DNA of 64,000 bases from positions 2,405,659 to 2,469,658 of the forward strand of contig OZ316895.1 in the NCBI GenBank assembly GCA_973895155.1, written 5' to 3'. Position 1 is the stretch's first letter; each line of letters opens with the position of its first letter. Positions 50,002 through 64,000 of the stretch are shown here, piece after piece. Source of the DNA: Marsupella aquatica (lineage: Eukaryota; Plantae; Marchantiophyta). The notes beneath the pieces were generated by a model. The model had not been told where the DNA came from. It saw nothing but the letters and a program-made list of their open reading frames with translations, and ran no database searches. The translations under genes were made by a program, and so were the position numbers.

Positions 50002-50419
50002 AATGTATTAGTGCCTCATTTCAGGCAGTAAAGTCCTTTTTCAAGGGCATTGTGGGATCCAATGCTCAGAAAATAAGAGCTTCAGATAGAGTTTTGAGGG
50101 GTTATGACAGGAGTTTTTATTACACTCAAATTTTAGTAAAAATAGAGGAGAATGTTCCTAGAGAGGTGATCCAAATCTAGACTGGGCATTATGTTCCCAG
50201 AATACCCTGAAAGATACAAAGGAAAAAATTTGTAAAGACATTAAGTCTTACAAAATGTATTTTGGACAGGACTAGTTAGGGGCAAAGGACTTCGAGACAA
50301 ACTCCTCTAAGGAACCTTCTATGCAGTATACTTCTCAGTCCTACCAAGAATCTGTTGGTGTAGTCAGTAGGGCTTTAGTTCTCTGGCAGTTATTGGGGAT
50401 GCCTAGGGTTTCTGGTCGT

Positions 50420-50900
50420 CTTGCATTTTTCCCTAGTTTTATCCTTTTTATTAGGTCTCTGGCATTTGGGAACCTGTCTCCAGGTCAGGTGCTGTTTGTT
50501 GTATTTTTCCCAGGTTTTATCCTTTTTATTGGGTCTCTGGCCTTTTGGATCCTGTCTTCAGGCAAGGTGCTTTTTGTTCTTTAGCAGGAGCCCTTGGCTT
50601 GCTTTTCTTGGGGCCCTTTCCCCTCTTTTCCTTCCCTTCAGTGGGTTGCTTTGCTTTTGAGATCATGTCTCTCAGTTAGGCATTTTTTGCCCTTGGGCAC
50701 TGTGATATATAGTCCCTTGGCCAGAGGAATATCATTGGTGATCGAACCCTTCTTGCATTTTTCCCCTGTTTTAACCTTTTTATTAAGTCTCTGGCGAAGG
50801 AACCCCTTCATGCATTTTTCCCTTGTTTTAACCTTTTTATTGGGTCTTTGGCCTTTGCGGATCCTGCCTTCAGGCAAGGTGAGTTTTGTTCTATGGCAGC
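50420..50900 (+). repeat. Internally repetitive T-rich dispersed repeat (possible retroelement 3'-UTR-derived)
   Basis: TTGCATTTTTCCC..GTTTTA(T/A)CCTTTTTATT(G/A)GGTCTCTGGC units occur four times. Similar cores lie at ~21590 (+), ~31490 (-) and ~44455 (-). Confidence 0.65.
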
Positions 50901-52174
50901 AGGAGGATCATTTGGTGATGGAACCACCCTGCCCCGCAAACAATGCAAGGTGGGCCCAAGCCTTTAGGACAAATTGCTAAGACACAGGCGAAAAACTAGT
51001 AACCTCGTGAGATGCCAAGTCTGCTGGTTTGCTGAACTACAGTAGGTTCGAGGGTGAGAGGGCATAGATCACACATGGGATGCCTGAAATTTTTAGTACA
51101 TTGCCAGTACGACCATGGAATTGAATTATGCCCTTTCTCTGATGAACTGTACCGTACATGTCCATTCAGGGTGCATCTAGTCTGACTTGCTGCTTCTCTC
51201 ACTAGTTGCTGCACCACATTATAGAGATTCGCATTTGGACCGGGCCAAAAATTGGAAGCAACTTCTCACCTCTCCTGCCAGAACTAAGTCAGCATAGAAA
51301 GTGTCGGTACACGAGTTGATCTCGGCAATGGTCTCACCTCTCGTCTAAAAGTGCAGGAGTATCAGTTGCAGTGTAGATATCGGTATGGGTCTAGTTGAAC
51401 AGGTTGCCGAGATCTTCTTCGCGTATGTCTATCCTACTCTTGTGGTATTTCTTTCAGACAACCAATAACAAGGCATACGCATCATTTGTCTTGAGCTATC
51501 ATCACATTTTACCCTTAGGCAAGGCTTATGTCGGGTTTGCCAGTGTACGAACGACCCCAACACGAAGGGTTCCAATTAAATTTTCCGTGAACCAGCAAGT
51601 ACAACAGAAGCTACTTTGGAGAGGAGTCCAAATGCGCAAACAAGAAGAGCAGAAAATAATGCCTCGGAATCCACCTTTTAACAAACAAAAATCTTTTTGA
51701 ACAAAGTCACAGATCGCCAGGGTCCCTCTAGCATTTATCTAGGACACGATTTACATTGAATCGTAAATCTTGAGCCATGAGTTCAACCTGTCTCAAAAGC
51801 TGATCCACAGAGTTCTCGAGTTGCCCATACAACCAGGATAATTGTGGTGTCGGGGAACTCAAGAGATGTAACTATGCCGCAGAGCTTTACCTCTGCCGAA
51901 CACCCATAACGGGGTTTCATATTCACTTCTAATACTAGATCATGTACAGCCGACGCAAAATAAACAGTAGAGTCACTGTCATAAGCCGGGCAACTGTTAT
52001 ACCTAGTCATGCTGAATCATTCTCTGCCATACTAGTGGTGATTCTCTACAATAAATAATGCCCATATCCTTTTCAAGGACAGCAAAAACCCATCAAATCA
52101 TATTTTGCTTTAAACACAATTTCAGCATTTGGTCCTGAGCATCTTGTTCCAAGATCACTGACCAGCTAAGATAA

Positions 52175-55100
52175 TCATCTATCGATCTTGATCGTCGAAT
52201 AACCTGCACTACCAGCAGCTGACGCGAGTCCGTTCCCATTTGAACTCACTGGCCCATTACTGGATAGTACTTGCTCTGCAGAGTGGAAAGGCCGTCTTGA
52301 CTTCGTGCTTCTTGGGGAACCTACGAAAGCAGAATTGCTGGGCGACTGAGGTCCGAATCCACTGAAGTCACCATTTGCCATAGCGTATGCAGCAGGAGAC
52401 ATTGGAGGTCCCTTCGAAGCGGGTGACGGCAGCCCAGTACTATCTGGGATAGAGTGCAAAGGCCTTGATGGTGTGTCGGGGTCTACAGGCAACTCTTCCA
52501 ACGTCTGGACACAGGTACAACAATGTTGACATTGTTCACATGGTACGCAATGAACCCGACTAAACAATTGGTTCTTTCAACATCCGCAAGTCTGTATGTC
52601 TCGTTTTACTTCAGTGTCATACAAGTGGAGACGAGCTTTCACAAAAACGGATCAAGGGGGAAGTCGACCTGGGAACCAGTACGCTAGGTTTGGTAGGATA
52701 TATTCAGGTTAACTAAGAAGATCCCAGCTCTAAACTTCCTTAGTGGTTCTGTATTTTGCGATTAAAAAAAATGATCAAAATGTTGGCACAATGGTTTAGA
52801 CCAAGCCCCAATACATGTTGGTATCGAAAAACCACCAAGAGATCAAAAAGACAAGGTGTCCAGCTCCTGCAAAAAGCAACCCAAACCCAAAGAGGATGTC
52901 CCCCCTCAGATATTGTTTGGCGTCTACCACATCCTAACTAATATCTGGTCCATGAACCAGGTACAAAGTACCTTTTGGACTAAGAAAACTTACAAGAGTA
53001 GCACCACTCTTGTTCCTAACGCTCCCAAAGTAGGGGGGATTCAGTTAGTAGATCCAACAGGATATCCCCAATGTTTTGTTAGCAGGCACAAACAAGACCC
53101 ACGTGCAGAGGAAACAAGTAACAGTCATTAGCAAGAATTGAACAGGAAAGAAGATTATCATTACCCAAGCAGCCTGCTGTAGGACACGCAATATTTCTTT
53201 ACACCTTTTTCTCTTCGTAGCAATCTCCTCCTTTTCCTGCAGCATCTCTTCGAACAAGCTCTCCCTGAAAGAGACATGCGGAAACTCATTATCTCTGAGC
53301 AGCTGTTTAAAACAATGACAATAACCTTGCGACCTTGGTTTCTTGTGTCACTTATCAAAACACATGAAACCAGGATTATGTAATAATGGAGTGCGAAACA
53401 AAACCAGGCATTGAATTTTGAGTGTTTATTAAGATACCAAAACTAGTCATTCTATGAAGTAAAGTTAGCTGAGTGAAAAACCGTGTATTGTCTTTACCTG
53501 TACAATTTCCTGATGAAGATGCTATGCAACTCACGTTTAACATGATTCACCTGAAATGGACAGGTCCACCACATCACGTTCGACCCCCTCGAGAGAAAAT
53601 AAGGATCAACTGACTAAAACAGAAAGATAGGGTGCCTAACGACAGTCTGTGACACTCACCAAAAAATGCATGATGGCCTTGGGTACGGAATCCTGGATGT
53701 TCTTCCGTACGATATCATAATATGACTTCAAAAGCAAACGAGTAACGGAAATTTCAACAGTCTCTTGTTCTGACTGTGCATCAGTCGCGCGCAGTACGGA
53801 AGGTGGCTGCAGATGAAGATAAAAACAAAATTAGAAGCTTATAGAGAACATAAATCCAAAACGTGGCTCCCCTCCAAAAGCTCAGGCCAAACCACGATCA
53901 ACAACAATGAACTCATAGGGTAAACAAACAGAAGTTCCTCCTTCCTTTCCCCGTTATGATTTGAACCAACATGTATTGGAGAGGATACAAGAAAAGAATA
54001 TAAGTGCAGGCCCATTTCAGCGATCAAACTCTTCACATGCGGAGTAAAGAATACGACTTAGATTTCACCAAATCAGTATTATCACTGAGAACCAGTAGTT
54101 TTCTTCCATTTTCCAAAACAGTTCAGTCGGAAGATTCTTTATTAAACTCCAGAGGGTGCACCGTATTTCAATGACCCATCCCCTATGCAAAAGGCAATCA
54201 TACCTAAAGACCTTGTGCCCTTAAAAATGCAGGCGACAAACCGAGGCGATAAGAAAAGTACAGAATAACACTTTCATCCATATTTGTCAAGATATCATGG
54301 CTCGACATTTATACTGTGGGCAGCATAAGCTTACTACCTATTAGTTTGGTTACCTCTAATAACTAATGCCAACACCCGAAATCAAGATCGTGGAAATCCC
54401 TTACCTCTCTTAGCTGGATGCTGGAAAAGGAGGGCTCCAAACCCTGAGCAGGCTCATTGTAGCCTCGGTTCAGAACATGCTCCTTTCCATTTCCATTTCC
54501 ATTTGTGCGAGTATCATTGCCTCCAAATATTGAAGATATACCCCAGCTTCCACTGGCAGACATGCTTCCTGTTTTGTTCAAGTAATTAGACAAGTGTAGA
54601 AAGACAAGTATTTAGAAACACGCAGGAATAGCGTATGAGGCAATCGGCCCAAAATTTTGATCTCAGTACCGCCATGCACTAGGCCAAATTTGAAGTCCGC
54701 CCTCTACACGAAGCTCGACAATGTTCTCTTTAACACGACAGGCAGTTTATCCATTCCACACATGCAAACGGACATGCACAACATGTGTGTTCCTTCACAA
54801 AGATATACAATTGGAAAACGGTGAAACCTTCGACTGCGAACCACTATGGTCTGTCTGCCAACATAAAAACGACTGGACACCAACCTGATGGCCCCGGTTT
54901 CTCCATCTGAGGTATGGATTTACTGCCCTGAAACCAATATAAGGATTTCGAGGTGAGGATCAAAATTGGAAAACAGAAAGACCATAGACCGCAATATACC
55001 AGTCAAGATAACAGCTCCCTCTGAGCAGAACTTTGTTTTTGTTCGAAAATGACTTGCTTTAACAAGAACCTACCTATTGTGATGAAGAAAGTTAGGAGAA

Positions 55101-58100
55101 ATGTATAAATAGGGGGCCTGGCCACTTTAAGTTTGTCATTCAGGCGTTTTGACTGGCACTGATAGTAACATTTATCGACAAAGGGGAAAATGATGGGAAG
55201 GCAACGCGTGATCTGAAACTGCCTTACATGGTCATGACCAACAACTCCTGATGCATTGGTGCGTGCTAAAATAGCCCGTGACTTCGTGGTCTTCTCCGGC
55301 AGTGGCAGCCGGTCTGCTCCAGAATCTTTCCAATCCGAAGCATCCTGCAAATTCCACCAGCAGTTCAAAAATTATTTAATGCATACTTCTTTTCCCACGA
55401 TGATATCATCCTAGGATCCTAGATCACAAGTCTCGAAGTCAAAAGACAACGAGTTAGATTGCATAACAGGAAACTCCTCATCCCAAACTCTATTCGTAGT
55501 AAATAGGGGTCTTGTCAATTCCACGAAATATGAACAAAACCGTTGGCAAGAAAAAAGACTGATTCGTTTCACACAAAGGCAGGAAGGCCCTTTTCCGAAC
55601 CTTCACTTTAGTGTTAGGAGGTGACACCTTTGCTCCTCGTTGCTGTTGTAGGGCCACTTCAACTGCCTTACTCCCCCCAACAAATCCTGGATGTGACGTG
55701 TTGATGTAATCCATCTGCTCAAAACCATCCAACCCCTTAGAACAGAAACTTCTCCACTATCCAAGCTTCTGCAACCTTCTTCACACGTATAGACAGAAAG
55801 GTGATGTGAAACAGAACACAAGTGGTTTCAAGCTGTGTGTTTTTAAATTGACGGTCATAGCATCCTATCTCGAGACTCCCGATAAAACTTCATCAATGTG
55901 AGAGAACGCTAAATTATGACGACATCAACATATAATTTGAAGAACTACGCATTTGAGGTTGACTGCAGTTAACAATGGAAAATGCAATACCCACCCGTCA
56001 AAGATTAGTACTACACTTCTGGCGTTCTCCTTTCACTCTGGACAAGGAGTTCATAAAGTAGATGGTGAATTCAAATCCCATTTTAACAAACTGATTAAAG
56101 GATGGACTTCGAATATTAGCCACTTAATTGGTGTGTACCTCCATTTCAATAAGGTGACCAATCATGGTCTCCGCCGGAGCTAAGCCTTCTCGAAGGAAGT
56201 TCGCAACCACTTCTTCGATGCGCCTCCGCAATACAGGAAAGCGCTGAAGCTCATATGACTCTGATTTATGTGATATCTGAAAGTAATCACTTCCCATTAT
56301 CATGCAACGTAGAAGATAGCAGACTTCATAACGCAAAGACTGCCGCCATCAACACAACCACTGAGTTGCCCCAGGTCATGAACAAGAACCTAACAGCTTT
56401 GCGATCTCAGAGCCTGACACTGATCGCTCAAATTTTAGAATGGCCAAACTCAATTGCTCAGCCGAAACCATTTCGAAGCAAAGAATTCTAATCGGTGCAT
56501 TTGAAGCAAGAATTGAAGTATACACACACACGTATAGGTAAACTTACTGAATGGTGAAAAATGTTACCTTTACAAGCTCATCATATATAAATCTAGCACA
56601 TTGCAAGCTGGGCTCCAGCAGCCTTGCAATCTGCCGTCGGACTAACACCTCAAATGGAACCTGCTGAATTTAACGGCATGTGTCAGCACGAGGAAAAACA
56701 GGTACGAAGTTGTACGACTCCAAAGTGCCCATCTTGACCATAGTAAAAAGTATTATCGAATCCTCCGGATTAAATGGGTATGCATGAAAAGAATCTTTAA
56801 ACGCAGTTCATCACAGATAAGAACCGGGAAACATCACACAGAACTCTATAAGAAAGAAACAGAGCATTTCAATTCTAGTTTGACTATCAGTACCAAATAA
56901 TCCACCTTACGAATAAGTCACCGTAACCCAGTCCAAAAGTAGAAACGTTTCAGCACTACATTGTCATGATGGTCGTCATTCAAACCGATGGCACAGTAGT
57001 TTCAAGAGATCTTGGTGTACTCCCTCTCACGACTTAAAATAACCTAAGCTTGTTAGCCTCTTAGTCAAGACGAAGCATTCTAGGAAAATCACCTCCGGCA
57101 CAAAAAGAACATTCTTAGGACCTGTCGCATTTTGGATGGCTGTTCGAATGTCCTCATCCGTCAGATCATCACAAGGGTCCACTTCCTGTCAGACCAGTAA
57201 ACATTCAAAAACATTTTAGTGGCACTAGTATAGATACTTGTTCTGCCTGGGTTCAAGTATCATTACCTGTTAAGCCCGGGTTCAAGTCTTCTATTAAGTG
57301 GCGCATACTCAATAAAACTAATATAAATAAAATATGCATCCTTCATGTCAGTAAGTCCTTGACACGCCAGCGTTCGAACGTGTTGGTTCATGCAGCAGGA
57401 AGAAATATTGACATGTGTGCGATCCAAATCGCCATTTGTCTGTAACTTGCATTTCCTATTCATCTGTTGCACAGTAACATGCTTCGATAGAGTTTCTTTA
57501 AAACTGCCTTCAATTGCATGCAGAAACGATTGACAATCAAGAATGAGTTGTTGAATAGCTTGAGGGTAGTCATTTTCATTGCATGCTTGGTTTCTGACAA
57601 ATTTCAGCCCTGACATTCATGATACATCCCTTTTCTTAGCCCGCTAAAGGATAGGTAAAACATACCTCTAAGCTCTTCACAAATATGGCTTGGAAAATAT
57701 AATGAATACGGGCCCCTCCAGAAAGCTCTGTGGTTGACATCTCCTCGTTTTTCCCATCAACAATCGATTGAAACCCTATGACAAATTCAACAAAATAAGG
57801 TCACACACCACCATTTGCGGATATATTTTCCAGGTGAAGTACACGCCGAACCTGAATATCAATCATACCTTGGGAGTACTTGGTGAGGATGTTGAGCAAC
57901 AAAGCCCCTTGACCTGACTGCATCACACATCATCAAACGTCATGGCACATTAGAGCTTACCAATCCTTTGCAATATAATCTAGCAAGCTCTTTGCAACGT
58001 CAACTCCAGACCTCTCTCAAGAATGCTTGGGTCGAAAGTCTTCTAAATACATCAATGACCTTCTAAGTTAACTTCCACGCCATCAGAAACAATGCCCGAC

Positions 58101-61100
58101 ACGAAACTGGTCACAAACAGAAGGATGCCATACCCTATACACAGTGCACAAGCATACAGCTTCATGCTTTGCAGCTTGCATAACCTGGCAAAGCTAGCTA
58201 CTCTGAAGATCCGATGTGCAAAACAGTACTTCACGCTCATAAATTCATGTCCACCTTATCTGGAAGCGGAAACATAAGTTCAAGACGACAGAGTAACGAG
58301 AAACAATCCAAAAGTTTATATACCTTAGAATCAGTAAGCTCTCCATACCCAGCAAGCTCCTTCTGCAATGTGATCATCTGCGTACTGATTCTTGCCTTCA
58401 AATCTGGAAGTATTGCTCTTATGTGTTGAACCAATATCTGCACAAAGCCACCGTGCCTCTCCCCTTCACTTTTGGATAAGTCTATTTCCTACCTTGCATA
58501 CAAACACAGTGACGTAATCCAGGGAATACACCGCCACCAACGTGAGCTTATGATAGGAACCCCTAAAACAGCAGATAGGGTTGAATACTGACTGAATTCA
58601 ACTTCTTGGCGAGCTGGGGAACGCCGCATCGCTCCGATAGGCTATGATATACCTGTGCAAATCAATTAATGAAATGATATCAAGGCACCACAAGGGAACC
58701 AAGCAATCACCTACTTCATGTCTTCATCGTGCGGAGTATCTTATTTAAATCTTTGCCCTTTATGGACTCTCATGGAGTTTAAGGTTCCCTGTCAAGCTAG
58801 AAAATTCTATGACCAGATTGTGTAGGCTGGTGCAGTACATTTAAAATAGGAAAGGCACTATCAAGAGCTATCATCTTCCAAACAGAGACTTCCGGAGGGA
58901 AGGCAATCTTCACACCAGCATTAACTATGGTTTCGTCGGGTGACACAAGAGCCAGATACAAATCCGAGCTATCTGGTCTATCAAAACTCAAAGCCTTCCG
59001 TCTCTCGAAGAGATCCAAAGCACCAAATGACTTTTAACCCTCTGCCCAACCTGAGTACATGCTCAGTATTCAGGCACTGTGTTTCAGTCTCAACAGTTGT
59101 CTTGCTACAGTGGCTTACTATGCAGCTCAAACCAGGAACGATGGGTGTTCATTGAGAAGGGGGAGGGAGGTATGCCGCAGAAGAATCAAGTGTATCTCCG
59201 GTATATTGCTGTTATCGCGGCACATTTGCTTGCCGCCAGTTGGAGTCCAAGCACAGTTGGAGTCCGTGCTGATTACGTAAGGTCCCTACTTTATGCTGAA
59301 GACTTTAGGTCATCTATGTACGCTTTGGACATGGACAATTCATTCTATGAAGTAGAAAGATAGGGAGAACTGAAGGAACGGAGGTTCAATCTAAAATAGC
59401 AATTTCAAAAGAGCGGTGCTTGGGATCTATGTACTGTTTAGGTCAGACGACCATAAGAAGCGTCAAAGAGAGGACAGAGAAGTCGCAAAGATGAGAATTA
59501 TGAAGAATTGCAGGGAGCTACTAGATCCAAGATCAACAAAATTTATGATTATGAAGTACAAAGAGCGTGCCTGCAGTGACAACTGCTTAAATTACGCAAA
59601 TAGATTTCATGAATAAAATTCTGTCACTGCTTAAATTACGCAAATAGATGTCATGAATAAAATTCTAGCAGTACTTACAGGTCGACTGCGAAAGAAATTC
59701 TCTTCATATGACAGTGCATCACGAATCGATTTGTTGCTCGAAATATCCTGGAGATGCAGTTCCCAGTTAAGACCAAGAAGAAATTTATCGATACAAAAAC
59801 TATCTGGATGTGACAGCTCCTATCCAACCGCGCAAGAAGAGATGCACGAACTTTAATCCCGGAGGACAGACTTGGCGACCGACTTCGAATCCGAGCACTT
59901 TGTCATTACTGCAGCTAAAACTTGTCTAAGGTACCCACAGATACAATGACAGAATCTCAGCTAATGAGAAGCTGTTCAGTTTAACTTCACAAGAAGGGTG
60001 CAATTAAATGCACTTAAATCCTACAGAATAGACTCGTAAACTGACTTGCATTTCAAAATCTTGTCCTTACAGCACTATATATTTATCTAAATTGCCCACA
60101 GATACATCCAGGGACGAAATATCTCAGCTAAGGGAGAATAAAAACATTCACCTCTTGACTCCGATTCACAACTCCAATGTAGCCAAGTCGAAGCGGCACA
60201 ATATTTCCAAGTAAGAAGTTACGTGCATCGGTTCCCCTATCCATGATATCCAGCTGTGACATGCAACCACATGGCCAACCAATTGTCAATGCTTGTAAGC
60301 TGCTGTATCCCCTCTAATTTAGATGTGATTGGGACCGCAAAACCAAAAATTTCCTGAAAGGAACGAGCCGCATCTAGATGAAAGAACGTCTCCCGTCTCC
60401 CATCAATTAATCAATCCACAACACCTCCGTCAAATATTTGGGGGACACAGAAGAAATGAGGAAACCAGTCACTAACAGCCTAAGTCGTGCATAGCTATCT
60501 CACCTTGGTAATAACTCCAATGGTTCGAGAACCTGCAACATTAAGGTTGATACAATTAGTGGCAGGGCATAAGGCAAGTCTTTCGTCCCTCAATTCAATC
60601 CAAACAGCATTCTTTCCTGTGATCCCAATTTGAGCGATAATGAAAGGGATCATCTGTATCATGACAGCAACATTGTGCCAAACTATCTGCAAAGATGCCA
60701 CGCTGCTAGAAAGAAAAGGATTAATTGCATGTAAAGACGACGGTGTGTCCGGAAAACAAAGACGGTAGTTGGTGCCATGATCTTACAAATAAACCCAGGG
60801 AACATTGGTCTGACGTACCATCAGGATCGGCTATCCTGGCCATCTGAAGGGCGTCCGAATTAGCTAAATCGGCATTGGCAGGAGACACCGCAAGAATGAT
60901 ACAAGTCTCGTGCTTAATATAATTCAATATCATAGTCCGCACTCTCGATTCTATATCCGAAGGCTGGTCACCGACGGGAACTTTTGTAATGCCAGGCAGG
61001 TCAACAAGAGTAATGTTGAGAACATTCGGGGAAAATATTTTCAGCCGGATTTGCTTCTCTGATATTCCCTTGTTCATTCCTAGCTCTCGATCCGTCTCTA

Positions 61101-61668
61101 CCTGCATGTCGCAAAGAGGGAACAGGCTGTGTTGGATTTCACGGCACGGTATTCAGTGGCATCACCAAGCGATCAAGAACAGACACGCAACCGAAAGAAG
61201 CTCTTAGCCATTCCACAATTTTCAACTTGTCCAAAAAATTCAAACCTGTATCTCCTTGCGAATGGTTGAGAAATCCGTGAAGCGCCGTCCAGGGATGTGC
61301 AAGAACTCGCCCCATTCTACCAATTCCGTGCGATCCTCGGGTCTCCTGACAGTCTGGACCAACTGAAGCACCAAAGGCCTGCGTGTGCATATATCTGAAC
61401 CGCGTGGCAGAAAATCGCGGCCCACAAGAGCTTCGAGAACACTGGACTTTCCACTACTTTGGCTTCCCACCACGGCCACCTGTGGCAAATCAATCGTTGA
61501 CGCACTCCCTAGCTGGCCAAAAATATCTTGCAGTTTATTCACAAGTGGAATGACTGCTTGACCTAAGTACACGGTCGGCAGAGGAGGTACAGTTGATGGA
61601 GGAGGCGCTGAGACAGATGGAGAGGACGGCGCCGAAGGGAATCCGGGAGCCGATTGAGGCTGCGCCAT
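52175..61668 (-). CDS. DRP3: Dynamin-related protein 3 (mitochondrial/peroxisomal fission GTPase), 20 exons
   Basis: Approximate exons: 61668-61246, 61101-60819, 60532-60504, 60253-60152, 59747-59679, 58652-58593, 58437-58324, 57917-57869, 57775-57666, 57185-57093, 56660-56568, 56277-56139, 55713-55601, 55344-55227, 54927-54884, 54568-54404, 53806-53660, 53550-53498, 53264-53165, 52504-52175. Motifs G1 [41 protein letters not shown] and [27 protein letters not shown]. Confidence 0.96.
59582..59666. repeat. 44-bp tandem duplication in a DRP3 intron
   Basis: ACTGCTTAAATTACGCAAATAGAT(T/G)TCATGAATAAAATTCT occurs twice. Confidence 0.9.
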
Positions 61669-63069
61669 CAGGCCACTTTGCTAGATTCCTTCTTTGATTT
61701 GCCTTCCTTGCCCTCACAAAATTCGGCCGAGAATACTTCTCACAAGCACCAAGCCGATTGGATTTCGTAATTGACTCCACCAACTGAGCAATCAACAAGA
61801 AGAAAAAGAAGCATTCTCAGAGCCCGCCACAGATCCTCGCTCCTTTCTCTTCTCTCCACATCTTGCCGCTGTGAGCATTCGCCTCCCTATTGCGCTCTCT
61901 GTCCGTCCACAAACGTAACTGTAAGCTCATGAGCTCCCCCAGGCAATCAGCCGAACAACGACTAAAATCATCCAAATCACTCCATCGCCACGACAGCGTC
62001 CTCCAATTCGAGCGGGTCCCCCGAGCACATTGCCACTTCAGCACTGGCAAGCAACCCCCTCGACCGATCCTCGACCAGAAAACCAGAACAGCCAACACCA
62101 GCCCTAGACTGGTTGGTACCCTCACTTCCTTTTACACTACCTCATTCTTCACTCACTGCGAACTGTGTCCCTCAGATCTGCGATTTTGCACCCAAACGTA
62201 CGTAAACGGCGGGAAGCCGCGCTCTCTCTATCTACGCTTCTTCAGTCTCAAAGAGCTACAGTACTACTCCTCATCCAAATACGGTACCACACTACCACGC
62301 CTCAAATCAATCAAATCAAAAGGATCATAAAAGGAAGAGAGTTCATCTTATTACTGTACAGCACCGAGTACTCTGCTTACTCCTTGCCGAACCTGTTACT
62401 CGGTTAGTCTACAGCTTATCACAGTGCTCCGTAAGCAGATTTGAATTCACAGAGGAATAGATTCGTAAACTCTCTAAACTCCAACCGTAGATCCCTAGAT
62501 GGAAGGCCCACAGTTATTCCATCGAATCCGCACTGCTGTTTTATTTATTTTATTTTTTCGAAAAGAGGTGTTTAAATCGGCACGTTTACACCAATGAGTG
62601 GAGCCGAGGACTGTATCGTGCCTAGTAAAAAGCAGACGAGGGCGACCGGTTTCAGGTTCGGGTGCGCTGCGTTTATGGCAATCTGACGTTCGGGTACGAA
62701 GCTGTGGGGCGTAGGGTCATAAGGGTCACGGCTGTGTGGGACGAGCTGTGTGTTTTTGGGCCAAGGACGAGGAGGACGTCTTCCGGGGGACGTCCCTTCC
62801 GAACGATGCGCGTCGTGGTGAACGCAAGGTCTGTTTGTTGGTTCGTCTGCGGCCTTCAGCCCATTTGCAACGGGAATATTTGCCCACCACGAATTTGAAC
62901 TCGTCACCGCTCATTCGGATTCTTCAACGTTCGATAGGCCTGTACTGCGTACAGCAACCACGTACAGCACTATACTCTACTGTGTACGCTTTGACATACC
63001 ACACAAATACCTCAGTTCATTTTGAATGAATTCAAAGCTAGGGCAAGGTTTCCTGGCATACACTTGGAT

Positions 63070-63400
63070 GTGGTCTCCATTAAAACCTTAGCACTTGAAT
63101 AGATACTCAAAATGTTTGTGCATTCGAATGGGTCTGGACTGCATCCTAATCTCTCTGAGTCTTGTGACCTCAACCATCAATGCAAATGGAGGTCTGAAGA
63201 GCCGGTTGGTTTTGCCATTGCATTTCTTGGTAAAAAAAGTGGTGGTCTGCAGCTCGGATTTGGCTAGTAGAGCACTCAAAGCAGGGTTGTAAGTGAGTTG
63301 CCGCCAAGCACATAAAGAGGTTTCAAGGCTAGGATGTAACTCTTTATAGGGTACAAAATGTACCTAACAAGGCTCATAGATCTATCCAATTAGTTTGTGT
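63070..63400 (-). pseudogene. Highly degenerate Ty3/gypsy-type integrase core remnant
   Basis: LQTTTFFTKKCNGKTNRLFR resembles the TT.YHPQ.NG.TER.NR integrase motif; in another frame it is followed by QRD*D (QRDWD-like). Many disruptions. Confidence 0.35.
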
Positions 63401-64000
63401 ACCCCTTGTGTTATGCTCGCGAGTAAACTAATGTATGCTCTCTCACAAAGGTTGTTAGAGCTCAATCTTCATGCACCACCCTTTGCATCTTGTAAGCAGG
63501 CATCAATGTCATCTGGTAGCACTTCAAGCCAAACAATTCCAACAATAATTGTGATGAGCTCATACTCAAGCTTATAAATTAGCTTGACAGGCAAGAGACT
63601 TGGCCTATAAATAATGACATGGATCACATTTTTGGGTTTTGGCATTACTAGTGGTTGCATGAGAGAAATATATACATAATAATCCTTATTAAACTCAAAC
63701 TTCTCACCCCAAGTTCTTTCCCCTCTTGCCCACCCAACCTTCCACCTCATTTTTTCCCACAATCCTATCATTCTCACTTTTTATCTTTTTCGGTTCATTC
63801 CCTTCAATCTCTTTCATCTGATTGGTTTGATGAGGGTCATCAGAGAGTTTGGGGAATCCATTTTTTGCCAAATTTATTTCGTAAACAGGTCCCACAGCTC
63901 AGTAGTGACATAAAAACTCTCAGCCGAAACAAGCTTGAAAGACAAAATTATGGCTAAAGAACTCTTTTGATGCATCTCAGGATGCTAACATACCCAAGTA

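Overview
Eukaryotic plant nuclear DNA, probably from a bryophyte (liverwort or moss; inferred from a type-2-like two-pore channel). I could reconstruct five protein genes by hand: an intronless plastid NAD-malate dehydrogenase (-), an 11-exon palmitoyl-protein thioesterase (-), a 12-exon divergent two-pore channel (+), a small DnaJ-like zinc-finger protein (-) and a 20-exon dynamin-related DRP3 (-). The intergenic space holds two copies of a CRE-clade (RT + restriction-like endonuclease) non-LTR retrotransposon, two MITE families, a Helitron 3' end, an RPA70-like pseudogene, a probable Ty3/gypsy integrase relic and many short tandem duplications. The main hidden signal is three ~120-nt box C/D RNA genes in intron 9 of the thioesterase; two of them carry segments complementary to U6 snRNA. 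Also notable are the channel's unusual filters and eroded voltage/Ca2+ sensors, and a young CRE insertion whose empty target site can be read from neighbouring tandem-repeat units. All comparisons with known proteins and RNAs are from memory; no database search was run.
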